Source: a virus
Taxonomy: Duplodnaviria; Caudoviricetes
DNA length: 44,176 bases
Virus record (IMG/VR): IMGVR_UViG_3300046025_000011
Span: 1 to 44,176 of that record
Strand: one strand, 5' to 3'
Notes under the pieces: generated by a model
What the model was told of the DNA's origin: nothing
The model's input: the letters and a program-made list of their open reading frames with translations, nothing else
Databases searched by the model: none
Shown here: piece by piece, positions 27,228-36,362 of the stretch
Layout of the letters: every line of letters begins with the position of its first letter
How positions within the stretch are numbered: the first letter of the stretch is position 1
Translations under genes and position numbers: made by a program

Positions 27228-27680
27228 ATGTCATCCGGTCCATCCGACGCGCCGGGCGAACAGGAACGGCAGATCGCCAGTCAGGACGCCTACGAACAGG
27301 AAGTCGTAGAAAGCGACTGGTTTGAAACCCAGTCCGGCTGGTTCCAGGTTCAGACCATCCGCCCGCTGAAGCTTCTACGTGACGCCCGGAAGTACGGCGT
27401 CCTGGACCTGCTGGGCGGCGACGCCGACGACGACGCCATCCGGGAAGCGATGGTCAGCGGGGGTTTCGACCTGTTCATGGGCGAAACCATCGTCCCCAGC
27501 ATCATTCAGCCGACCGCCTACTGGGACGAAGACGATCTGGGCGACGACGTCGAAGCGGACGACGCGTTCGATGTCGCGGCGCTGGACCCGGAAGACCTGT
27601 TCGGGATGATCGAAACGATGACCGGGGCCAGTCAGGAAGAACTGTCCGACAAGGCTGACCAGCTCCGGGGAAACCAATAG
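27228..27680 (+). CDS. Tail assembly chaperone (lambda G-like)
   Basis: Lies before the tape measure gene; ends in a slippery heptamer. Confidence 0.7.
   Translation: MSSGPSDAPGEQERQIASQDAYEQEVVESDWFETQSGWFQVQTIRPLKLLRDARKYGVLDLLGGDADDDAIREAMVSGGFDLFMGETIVPSIIQPTAYWDEDDLGDDVEADDAFDVAALDPEDLFGMIETMTGASQEELSDKADQLRGNQ
27668..27674 (+). other. Programmed -1 frameshift site G GGA AAC
   Basis: X XXY YYZ heptamer in the correct phase; the -1 frame is open into ORF 27698..27991. Confidence 0.75.
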
Positions 27681-27697
27681 CGGTCCAGGCCGGACTA

Positions 27698-27991
27698 ATG
27701 GGTGAGACATACGGAGAACTGCCGACGGACGTCCTGGACCAGCCAGCGTCGCTGTTCTGGCTAAACGCGAACATCCGGATGGCGACCGAACAGTTCAAAC
27801 AGGACATGAAAAAGCAGGCGGACAGCGCCCAGACCGACGCCGGCGTCGCGTCCCCGTCGGAAAAGAACGAACTGGTCGAAGCGAACGAAGACCGCGCGGA
27901 TCGACGCGAAGAACTGCAGGAACAGGGCGGTCAGCCTGGACTGGCCGACCAGATGGAAGCCCTGCAGGACGTCGAACGGGGTGGTCAGTAG
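27698..27991 (+). CDS. Tail chaperone frameshift extension (lambda T-like)
   Basis: In the -1 frame relative to the chaperone; YGELPTDVLD pattern. Confidence 0.7.
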   Translation: MGETYGELPTDVLDQPASLFWLNANIRMATEQFKQDMKKQADSAQTDAGVASPSEKNELVEANEDRADRREELQEQGGQPGLADQMEALQDVERGGQ

Positions 27992-30439
27992 ATGGCGGAA
28001 CGCGCGACGGTCGAAGTCCTGATAAACGCGTTCACGGAAGCCGCCGAAGACGCCATCGGGGACGTGGGCGACACGCTGAACGGGATGACCGCGGACGCCG
28101 CGCCCGCCCAGGCCGCGGTGGACGAAGTCGGGGACGAACTGAACGACGTGACCGAAAGCGGCGCTGTCGCCCAGGCCGCCCTGAACGAAGTCGGGGACGA
28201 AGCCGCGTCCGCTGCCGCCCGGAACCGCATCCTGGCGTCCCAGATCGACCGGGCCGGGGACGACATGACGACGACCGCGGCGAAGGCCGGCGTCCTGTCG
28301 GGGGCCTACAGCCGCGTGTCCGCGTCCGCGGGCGGGCTGACCGTGTCCACCGGGGCGCTGTCCGCGGTCACGACGGCGTCCCTTATCCCGGCGATGTTCA
28401 CGCTGTCCACCGCGCTACTCCCGCTGGCTGGGATAATGGCCGCCGCCGCCGCCGCGGCTGGTAGCCTGGTCGCGGTCTTCGGTGGCCTGACCGCCATCGG
28501 GGCGGCGACCCACATGAAGGAACTTCAGGCGGCGTTCAAAGAGGCGAAAAAGGCCATCACGGAAATCATCCAGCCCCTGGGGGACGTGTTCGGACCGTTA
28601 CTGGTAGACGCCGTTCAGGCGCTACCGGCGCTGGTCCAGAACATCATGGACGCCATAGGCCCCCTGGACCAGTTCAAACAGGCGTTCCGGGAACTGGGCC
28701 AGCGGGCGTTCCAGGTCATCCCGGACCTGGTCGCGGCGATGGTCGAACTGGCGACCGTCGCGCTCCCTGTGTTCATGGACCTGGTAGACTTCCTGATAAA
28801 CAACGTCGGGCCGGCGTTCGACCGCGTCCGCCAGACTACCCAGGAATTCGCCCCGGCCATCATGGAACTGGGGGCCGCCGTGGGCGACCTACTCCCCGAC
28901 CTCTACCGTATCGGGGAAATCGTCCTGTCGCTGGTCCTGCCGGCGCTTACGGACATCATCAACGTGATCGACAGCGTCGCGGAATTCGTCCTGGGCCTGG
29001 ACGAAAACCTTCGAAGACTGGCAGTCGCGGGGGCCATCACGGCCCCGGCCATCTTCAGCGTCGCGTCCAGCCTGGGGGCGCTTCTGGGTCCCATCGGCCT
29101 GGCCGCCGCCGCGGTCACGGCGTTCGTCGCGGCTTACAGATCGAACTTCATGGGCGTCCAGGACATCACGGACAGCGTCATCGGGGACGTCATCGACTAC
29201 TTTAGCCAGTTCAGCGACGAAGTCACCGAATACCTGGACGCGGTCCAGGAAAGCGTCGAAGCGTTCACTGGCGGGTTGTCCGACGGCTTCGGTGACACGG
29301 AAGGCCCCGCGGGCGACCTGCTGGCGAACCTGCAGGGCCTGGGTAGTCAGCTCCGCGACGTCGGAAGCATCATCGCTTCGACCCTGGTCCCGCTGTTCCA
29401 CCGGGTCATCGACACGGTCGCGTCCGCCCGCGGCCAGTTCCGTGAACTGGGCCGGAACGTCACACGGATCGTGAACGGCATCGTCAGCGTCGTCCGCGGC
29501 ATCGTCAGCGTGTTCCAGTTTGTTTTCGAAAACTACACGGCCCAGGTCCTGGAAGGGATGACGTCGCTTTTCGAAACCCACTTCGGAAGCATCCTATCCG
29601 AAGTGAACCAGACGCTGACAGCCGTGATGGGCTACGTGAACTGGTTCGCCGGCGTCTTCGGGGCCGCCTGGTCGGAGTGGGGCGACGAAATCATGGCCGT
29701 CGCCAGGGTGGTCTTCGACGTCCTGTCCGCGACCATCATCACGGCGATGGACGCCCTGCTGACCACGATAAACGTCATCCTGAACGTCATCCAGGGGGAC
29801 TGGGGCGAAGCCTGGGAAGCGGTCGTGGGGCTGTTCGAACGGGTCAGCGAACGCCTGACGTCGATGGTCGAAGACTGGAACCTGGGACAAGTCATCAGCG
29901 ACGTCTGGTCCGCCGTGGTCAGCGTGTCCCTGGACTTCGTCCGCGGGTTCAGTAGCCTGATTATGGACGCGTTCACGTCCGTCATGGCCTTCTTCGACGT
30001 CGTGACGAACACGATCTTCAATATGTTCGCTGATATGTGGAACGCCATCAGTTCGAACGCGATCCGGGCTGTCGAAGGGCTGATAGACACGGTGGTCGAT
30101 GGCGTGAACGCCGTCATCGACCGCGCGAACAGCCTTATCCGGGAAATCAATTCGAAGGTCCCGAAAGTCAACATATCGACGATCGACAGCCTGCAGTCGG
30201 CGGACCTGAACGAACAGGCACTGCAGATAGACCAGCGGTCCACGAACTTCAGCCAGCTACAGGGCCAGCGTGAATCCCAACTGTCGGGCGTTCTGGAACT
30301 GGCCGTCCAGGGCGATGGCCCGCTGTCGGAATTCGTTCAGCAGAACGCCGACGACCAGGTCCAGGTCGCGGAAGACGACCGCCGACGTGTCCTTCGCCGG
30401 CAGGGCATCGGCGGCCCAGGGGTGAGTAGCACACGATGA
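27992..30439 (+). CDS. Tape measure protein
   Basis: 815 aa, Ala-rich and helical with periodic W/F (IQGDWGEAWEAV). Confidence 0.88.
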   Translation: MAERATVEVLINAFTEAAEDAIGDVGDTLNGMTADAAPAQAAVDEVGDELNDVTESGAVAQAALNEVGDEAASAAARNRILASQIDRAGDDMTTTAAKAGVLSGAYSRVSASAGGLTVSTGALSAVTTASLIPAMFTLSTALLPLAGIMAAAAAAAGSLVAVFGGLTAIGAATHMKELQAAFKEAKKAITEIIQPLGDVFGPLLVDAVQALPALVQNIMDAIGPLDQFKQAFRELGQRAFQVIPDLVAAMVELATVALPVFMDLVDFLINNVGPAFDRVRQTTQEFAPAIMELGAAVGDLLPDLYRIGEIVLSLVLPALTDIINVIDSVAEFVLGLDENLRRLAVAGAITAPAIFSVASSLGALLGPIGLAAAAVTAFVAAYRSNFMGVQDITDSVIGDVIDYFSQFSDEVTEYLDAVQESVEAFTGGLSDGFGDTEGPAGDLLANLQGLGSQLRDVGSIIASTLVPLFHRVIDTVASARGQFRELGRNVTRIVNGIVSVVRGIVSVFQFVFENYTAQVLEGMTSLFETHFGSILSEVNQTLTAVMGYVNWFAGVFGAAWSEWGDEIMAVARVVFDVLSATIITAMDALLTTINVILNVIQGDWGEAWEAVVGLFERVSERLTSMVEDWNLGQVISDVWSAVVSVSLDFVRGFSSLIMDAFTSVMAFFDVVTNTIFNMFADMWNAISSNAIRAVEGLIDTVVDGVNAVIDRANSLIREINSKVPKVNISTIDSLQSADLNEQALQIDQRSTNFSQLQGQRESQLSGVLELAVQGDGPLSEFVQQNADDQVQVAEDDRRRVLRRQGIGGPGVSSTR

Positions 30440-31035
30440 CCGTCAGTAACACGCTATACGACCCAGAACTGCCCGACGACCTGACCTGGCGGATCGACAC
30501 GGACCGCGCGGACGGCGGCATCGTAGCGAACGGCGTCCAGGAAGATATGCCTGAATACAGGCGCGGCGGCGACCTGTCCCTGACGTTCCTGTTCTGGGAC
30601 GCTGCTGGGATGACGGGTCAGTCGGGACTGCTGTTCGGGGACCCAGACCACGGCGGGACGTTCGGCGGCGACCACGGTGGGACGTTCGGCGTCGCGGACG
30701 CCCAGGCGACCCACATGGACCGCTACCGGCAGGCGCGGCAGTACCTGGATTACGCGGGCTCCGCGACGGTGAAGCAGTCGATGAACGGGAAGCCCCATTA
30801 CATCGAACGCCTGCCGGCTGACGCGGACGTGGACAGCCTGGTCGTCGCGGTCGAACCGGGGCCGGGCCTGGAAGCGACGAACGGCTTCTGGGGCGTCGTG
30901 ATGGGCGGCGACGACAGTACGCGGTTCGTCCGCGATATGGCCGCCCTGCAGATAGACTTCAAAATCCTGGCCGAACGCGACACCTACCTGACCCGGTCGG
31001 ACATCGAAGCCGATCTGGGAAGCGCCATCATCTGA
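30436..31035 (+). CDS. Putative distal tail protein
   Basis: Follows the tape measure gene with an ATGA overlap. Confidence 0.5.
   Translation: MTVSNTLYDPELPDDLTWRIDTDRADGGIVANGVQEDMPEYRRGGDLSLTFLFWDAAGMTGQSGLLFGDPDHGGTFGGDHGGTFGVADAQATHMDRYRQARQYLDYAGSATVKQSMNGKPHYIERLPADADVDSLVVAVEPGPGLEATNGFWGVVMGGDDSTRFVRDMAALQIDFKILAERDTYLTRSDIEADLGSAII
30646..30690 (+). repeat. In-frame tandem duplication with a 24-bp period (DHGGTFG twice)
   Basis: gaccacggcgggacgttcggcggc followed by gaccacggtgggacgttcggc. Confidence 0.8.
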
Positions 31036-31039
31036 ACAC

Positions 31040-31795
31040 ATGACAACCGAAACAGTCGATAACGGACAAGCTGTCCACGCGGTCTACCTGAACGCCGAAC
31101 GGAAGGCGCGACGGGGCTACAGCGTGGACACCGGCGGAACAGTCACGATAAACAGCGGGAACCTGAACGATCCGGACACGCTGACGGTCGCCGCCGCGGA
31201 CTACTGGTTCGGCGGCCAGCCTGTCAGCTCCGCCCAGCAGGACGTCCGAATCGACGGCGGCGCGGGCGACCCGCGTAAGGACATCATCTACCTGGACGGC
31301 GCTGGGAACGTTCAGGTCGAAAAGGGAAGCCCCGCGCCCGTCCCCAGCGACCAGCAGGGGACCATCCGGTTCGCTACATACCGTCCGACGCCGCCAGACC
31401 TGGCGGCCACAGACGCGGTCCTGCTGGCCGAAGTCTGGGTTCCGGCGGGCGCGAACGCTATCACCAGGGACGACGTCGCGGACCGCCGCAAATTCGAAAA
31501 CAGACGGACTGTCCTGACGTCCCAGTCCATCACGCTGACCGGCGGGGGCGACCCGGCGGCGGACGTGACCCTGGACGGCGTCGTGGACGACCAGTTTCAG
31601 GACATGGCTGTCATCGTAACGACCGACACGGACCCAGGGTTCGCCGCGGACTACGGGTATAACTACGACTGGACCCGGACCTGGGACGACACGAACCAAC
31701 AGATCGACGTGGACGTAGGCGTGTCCTGGGACCCGGACCCTGGCGCGGGGAACGACGTGTCCGCGACCGTCTACGTCGTCCACAAAGACCTGTAA
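31040..31795 (+). CDS. Tail/baseplate structural protein
   Basis: DPRKDIIYL...LLAEVWVPAGANAIT...DRR pattern common in virion tail proteins. Confidence 0.6.
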   Translation: MTTETVDNGQAVHAVYLNAERKARRGYSVDTGGTVTINSGNLNDPDTLTVAAADYWFGGQPVSSAQQDVRIDGGAGDPRKDIIYLDGAGNVQVEKGSPAPVPSDQQGTIRFATYRPTPPDLAATDAVLLAEVWVPAGANAITRDDVADRRKFENRRTVLTSQSITLTGGGDPAADVTLDGVVDDQFQDMAVIVTTDTDPGFAADYGYNYDWTRTWDDTNQQIDVDVGVSWDPDPGAGNDVSATVYVVHKDL

Positions 31796-31802
31796 CAGAA
31801 CG

Positions 31803-32333
31803 ATGGGAATTAGAAAAGTCTACCAACGGCTGGCTGTCACCGCCCGCCAGTATTTCGGTTCGGCCGAAAACGTCAGCCAGCGATACGACAGTGGCGCGGG
31901 ACAGTACGTCCAGCGGGACGAAACGAACGGCGTGGACCAGGTAATCATCCGGAACGGGAACGACCTGACCGACGAACTGGAAGAAAACGGCGCGATGGAA
32001 CTGGTCATCGGGAAACTTCTGAACTTCGACCCGAAGCGCGTAATCGTGGATACGCGGGCGAACCAGCCCGCCGCGGGGACCGCCGACCGGGTCATGTTCG
32101 TGACGGACGACCAGGTCCTGGAATACGACGACGGCGCGGCCTGGAACGAACTGGGCGCGTCCGCCGCGGCGCTGAAGGATGGCGGCGCGTCCGAACTGGA
32201 CGCCGCGGACCTGTCCGGCGCGGACGGGAACGACGGCCAGGTCTTGACCACGAACGGGGCCGCGGCGTCCTGGGCGTCGGCTACGGGTATCGGCGCGGAC
32301 GACGCGCTGGCATACGACTTCGTAATGAATTGA
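31803..32333 (+). CDS. Tail-fibre-like protein
   Basis: GNDGQVLTTNGAAASW fibre-type repeat; FVTD...YDDGAAW. Confidence 0.55.
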   Translation: MGIRKVYQRLAVTARQYFGSAENVSQRYDSGAGQYVQRDETNGVDQVIIRNGNDLTDELEENGAMELVIGKLLNFDPKRVIVDTRANQPAAGTADRVMFVTDDQVLEYDDGAAWNELGASAAALKDGGASELDAADLSGADGNDGQVLTTNGAAASWASATGIGADDALAYDFVMN

Positions 32334-32344
32334 GGTAAGTAAAA

Positions 32345-32653
32345 ATGACACAAGCAACCGTTGAAAACACTCCGGTCAGCATCCAACTAAATGAGGGCGA
32401 ATCGACGACCGTACCGAACGGCGAAACGTGGCGCGTGACCCTGTGCATGGGCCATTCCGGCACAAACGCCGACAATAATACTAAGGTAGATATTAATAGT
32501 ACGACAGTAATGGGAACGCGACAGGACAACAGTACCGGCTACGGCCACACGTCCGGTGACGTGATGGAGACCGTACTCACCGCAGGCGATTCAATCTCGT
32601 GTAGCGGTGGCTTGAACGGCGGCGTCCACATCGGCGGGTTTGTGGTGGCCTAA
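32345..32653 (+). CDS. Small beta-rich protein, putative receptor-binding tip
   Basis: TVPNGETWRV...LTAGDSI motif; lower GC and atypical codon usage. Confidence 0.55.
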   Translation: MTQATVENTPVSIQLNEGESTTVPNGETWRVTLCMGHSGTNADNNTKVDINSTTVMGTRQDNSTGYGHTSGDVMETVLTAGDSISCSGGLNGGVHIGGFVVA

Positions 32654-32655
32654 TC

Positions 32656-32889
32656 ATGTACGAGCGAGAGACCAATTCCGGGCACACGGTCAAATGGAAC
32701 CCGGAACATTCCGACCTGGCCGCCCAGGCGATGGCGGACGTAGCCGGTTCGGGCGTTTCGACCGCGACTGAAGCCCGTCAGAAGGCGAAGGTAGACTTCG
32801 GAGAGGACGCGGGCGGGTTGGCTCAACAGGTCACGGAGCGGTATCAGGAACTGGTCAATCAGCAGAAATCAACGTCATCCACGGCGTAG
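32656..32889 (+). CDS. Hypothetical protein (atypical composition)
   Basis: 77-aa ORF that uses GAG codons. Confidence 0.6.
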   Translation: MYERETNSGHTVKWNPEHSDLAAQAMADVAGSGVSTATEARQKAKVDFGEDAGGLAQQVTERYQELVNQQKSTSSTA

Positions 32890-32899
32890 GTAGGCGACC

Positions 32900-34906
32900 A
32901 TGTCTTACAGAATCGAACTGGTCGCGCCGTCGGGCGACACGGCGACCATCGTGGACGACGACATCTACGACCTGGACGTCGTCCGGCCACACACGGCGCT
33001 GGCGGACTTCAAGGCGACCATCCCCTACAGCGCGAAGGCCATCCGCGACTGGGTCACGACGGTCGTGGAAGCCCGCATCAGCTACGACGGCGAACTGCTG
33101 TTCAGGGGCTACCTGGAAAGCGCGGACAGTAACGAACGCGACGGGACGACGACGCTGGAAGGCCGCGGCATCGGACGCGACCTGAAGGACCTGGAAACGT
33201 CCATCCGATTCACTGACACGGAAACCCACGTCGCCATCCAGCAGGTCTGGGACCTGTCCGACTTCGACGCGACGGTCTACAATCCGTCCGGGATTGGATC
33301 GACGAACCAGGACGGCCAGAACGCGACGACAACCGCGGAATTCGAAAACATCCTGTCTACACCGGCGACCAGCCCGTTCGACATCGCCGGCGACCAGGTC
33401 CAACCGCACAAAACCGCGTGGACGACCGAAGCGGAAAACTACGACGGCCAGACGGACACGTCTGACCCAGGTCACGCGGAATTCTCCGGCGGGTCCGGCG
33501 TTCGACTGGACGCCGACGGGGAAAGCGCCTACTGGGACTTCACGCCCCAGCATGATGTCCCCGTGGACGACGTCCAGCTATGGGTTCGGGAATACAGCGC
33601 CAGCGGAACCGGAAACGTCAGAATTTACTTCGGGACGCCGGGCGACCTGTCCCAGATCGACAACATCCGTGACACGAAGGACGCCATCGACCGGAGCTGG
33701 CGGGACTACGCGAACAACCCGCGAAACGGGACTGGCTACCAGGACGGCGACCTGCAGGCGGGGACGACCTATCGGTTCTTCATCGAAGCCGGGCCGACTG
33801 GCGGGACGAACGACGGTTACGACATCGACGTCGTCAGTCCACTGGACGCGCTGACCAGGTACGACCCGACGCCGACCTACACGTTCGACAACGACAACGG
33901 CGGGAACAGCGGCTACCTGGACGGCCCGGAATACTTCCCGACCAACGGCGTCCCGCTGGACTTCCAGATTATCGACGATGACGATAACATCGACGCCGCG
34001 GATTTGGTCACGACGTGGGACGACACGTCGAACGGTCAGGCGGTGAAGCTGTCGAACGACGGCGGCGGTTCGTTCCCACTGACGGCGTCGAACGCGACGG
34101 ACCTGTCCGGGGACTTCACGACGACCTACGGGTCGCGCCTGCAGTTCCGCGCGGTCATCGCCAGCTACGGGTCCAGATCGACGGCGACGCCCCAGCAGGG
34201 CTATCAGTTCCAGGCCATCCAGTCGATGGACCTGGACTACGAAAGCAGTCCGGTGAACGTCATCGAAGACAAGACGTTCAGCGGAAGCCTGCTGAACATC
34301 CTGCAGAAGCTTCACAAGAAGGCGGGCTACCGCTTTGCTATCGACCACGGGGCGATGGACGGAAACGGCGACCCGACGAAGGTGGTCGAAAGCTTCGAAC
34401 AGGGCGACCAGACGCGGCAGGCGGACTTCGTCGTGAACAATCGGAACCCGACGCGGGACCTGGAAGACTACGCGAACCGGGTCACGGTCTACGGGGCGCT
34501 GCTGGATGACGGGACCAGGCCGTCCGCGACCGTCCAGGACGACGCGGAAATCGCCGCGCTGGGTGGCGACCCGGACGGCGTTCGTCACGTCACGCTGGTC
34601 AGGCCGGACATGACGACGCTGGACGACGTCCGGGCGGAAGCGCGGTCCGAACTGGGTAGTCGCGTGTCGGAACGGAAGGACACGGGTTCGCTGGACATTC
34701 AGCCGGCGAACGTCCTTCCGGGCTACGACTACGACGTAGACTGGTACGGCGACGGAAATCCGACGGCGACGCCAAACGAAAAGGTCCAGTTCACGGCGGG
34801 GTATCAGAAGGCGTCTGGTCGCCTGCAGTTCACGCGGGACCGCGGGACGGCGTTCGCTTTGGTTCAGGCGCGCTACGCCCAGTCCATCACGGAAGACGCA
34901 ATCTGA
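32900..34906 (+). CDS. Baseplate hub/tail-tip protein with inserted beta-rich domain
   Basis: LFRGYLES...LEGRG at the N-terminus, YANRVTVYG near the C-terminus, and a large central Thr/Asp/Gly-rich insert. Confidence 0.65.
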   Translation: MSYRIELVAPSGDTATIVDDDIYDLDVVRPHTALADFKATIPYSAKAIRDWVTTVVEARISYDGELLFRGYLESADSNERDGTTTLEGRGIGRDLKDLETSIRFTDTETHVAIQQVWDLSDFDATVYNPSGIGSTNQDGQNATTTAEFENILSTPATSPFDIAGDQVQPHKTAWTTEAENYDGQTDTSDPGHAEFSGGSGVRLDADGESAYWDFTPQHDVPVDDVQLWVREYSASGTGNVRIYFGTPGDLSQIDNIRDTKDAIDRSWRDYANNPRNGTGYQDGDLQAGTTYRFFIEAGPTGGTNDGYDIDVVSPLDALTRYDPTPTYTFDNDNGGNSGYLDGPEYFPTNGVPLDFQIIDDDDNIDAADLVTTWDDTSNGQAVKLSNDGGGSFPLTASNATDLSGDFTTTYGSRLQFRAVIASYGSRSTATPQQGYQFQAIQSMDLDYESSPVNVIEDKTFSGSLLNILQKLHKKAGYRFAIDHGAMDGNGDPTKVVESFEQGDQTRQADFVVNNRNPTRDLEDYANRVTVYGALLDDGTRPSATVQDDAEIAALGGDPDGVRHVTLVRPDMTTLDDVRAEARSELGSRVSERKDTGSLDIQPANVLPGYDYDVDWYGDGNPTATPNEKVQFTAGYQKASGRLQFTRDRGTAFALVQARYAQSITEDAI

Positions 34907-34980
34907 CCCTGGCGTCGATCTTCTGCTGGTAATGCGTCGTTACTCCGGGCGTCGGCCAGCGGTAAGACGTCCCTGCTTTT

Positions 34981-34994
34981 CGAAAAGTATTAGT
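34981..34994 (+). promoter_or_regulatory. Putative BRE/TATA promoter of the accessory (early) region
   Basis: cgaaaAGTATTAg: a CGAAA BRE-like element next to an AT-rich box. Confidence 0.5.
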
Positions 34995-35413
34995 GGGGTG
35001 GTCGCATATGTCGAAGTAGGAAACACCTACACACGTTCGCTCCCGGCTGGCCCAGACCGGCCACAATTCTTCTGGGCGCGTCACCTGGCGGGGCGCGGTG
35101 GATCGAACACTGCAGTCGTCGATCTGCCGACCTGGGTGATGGCTACAGGACGCCCCCGGTCCCTTTCAGGCCAGCGTCGGCCTGCAGCGCGGGGCCGCCG
35201 ACCGCGTCCGTGACAGCCGGTTCACGGCAGGACGCGAAACAGGACACGAAACCGACGTCCAGACGGACGGCGACGAAGCGTCCGGCGGCCCACGGGTCGC
35301 CAGGGCGTGAAGGCTGGAACAGGCGGGCGTCGGTGGAACGGGCTGGGGCGAACCCGCCCGCGACCACGGTCAGGCATCACACGCTGACAGCCGTGGACGT
35401 GACGCTGGACACT

Positions 35414-35488
35414 ACCGTCTAACCGCTTCTGGTCAGCTCCGGCTGGCCCTGGCGGGACGGTCGCCCTGGGCCGGGCGCGAACGGTCCA
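35414..35488 (+). ncRNA. Structured leader element, copy 2
   Basis: ccgtc/gacgg, ccgc/gcgg, ggtcagc/gctggcc; pseudoknot cgcc/ggcg with tgggccg/cggtcca; 16 nt before ATG 35505. Confidence 0.8.
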
Positions 35489-35504
35489 CTTCACTTTTTC
35501 AACC

Positions 35505-36362
35505 ATGAACATCGGAAACACGGTCTACGAAATCGGCGGCCTGGAACAGACAGTTCGAACGTGGAAGATCGAAGACGTGGTCCGCGGCGACAGTGACGAC
35601 CCGTATTGGTGGGTCATCATGACCAGCGACCAGTTCCGCGTCATCGTGAAGGAACAGGACCTGAAGGCCCGCCTGGCCGAACAGAAATCCCGCGACGAAC
35701 TGACGGGACCGACGGACACACGGGACAAGGGCCGATGGCGGACGTTCAACCCCCGCCGGCGCGGCCAGGGCATCGTCCCCGCGGAACCGGACACGGACTT
35801 CGACCGAATCGACCGCGCCCTGTCCCCGCGCCGGGGGTCAGACCTGGACTTCGAACGGACACGCGATCTGTCCACGGTAAACGACTTCCTGGACCACCCC
35901 GCGCTGGTCAGCCATGACCTGGGCGGGACGAACTTCCCGGTCGCCATCTTCACCGCGCGGTCGCCCTACGACGGAAGCATCGTCGGAACGGTTGTCCTGA
36001 AGAAGCCGTCCGCCCGCGCCCTGGACGACTGGGAAGACGGCGGCCCCCACAACGGCGGCGATGGAACGCGGGTCGAAGTCGCCCGCCTGGCGACCCGCGT
36101 GGATCGACCAGCGAACACGGCGTCCTGGATGCTGGCCCGCTCCGCCCGCTGGGCCGACCAGCAGGGCTTCGGCATCATCCAGGCATACGCCGGAATGGCA
36201 AACAACCGCGGAACCTGCTACGACGCCGCCGGTTTCGACGTCCAGGCGACGGACGCTGAAGCGGACGGGGCGGCCTGGAACAGCGCGGATGACCGCGACG
36301 GACGCGTGGTCGTTCAGGACGGCGGAACCTGGACGCGACGCCGCTGGGAACGCGACCTATGA
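35505..36362 (+). CDS. Mom-like GNAT-fold DNA-modification protein
   Basis: VEVARLA...PANTASWMLARS...IQAYAG...GTCYDAAGF matches the Mom/XF1762-type EL.RL...N..S.....YAD....G..Y.AA.F pattern. Confidence 0.7.
   Translation: MNIGNTVYEIGGLEQTVRTWKIEDVVRGDSDDPYWWVIMTSDQFRVIVKEQDLKARLAEQKSRDELTGPTDTRDKGRWRTFNPRRRGQGIVPAEPDTDFDRIDRALSPRRGSDLDFERTRDLSTVNDFLDHPALVSHDLGGTNFPVAIFTARSPYDGSIVGTVVLKKPSARALDDWEDGGPHNGGDGTRVEVARLATRVDRPANTASWMLARSARWADQQGFGIIQAYAGMANNRGTCYDAAGFDVQATDAEADGAAWNSADDRDGRVVVQDGGTWTRRRWERDL

Noticed and set aside
31803-34906. Diversity-generating retroelement or invertible tail-fibre system
   Set aside because: No reverse transcriptase, template/variable repeat pair, invertase or flanking inverted repeats are visible.
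35461-35488. Pseudoknot with CGAA linker as an HDV-like ribozyme
   Set aside because: No P3/L3, P1.1 or P4 in the required order; the topology is a simple H-type pseudoknot. An unrelated self-cleaving activity is not excluded.
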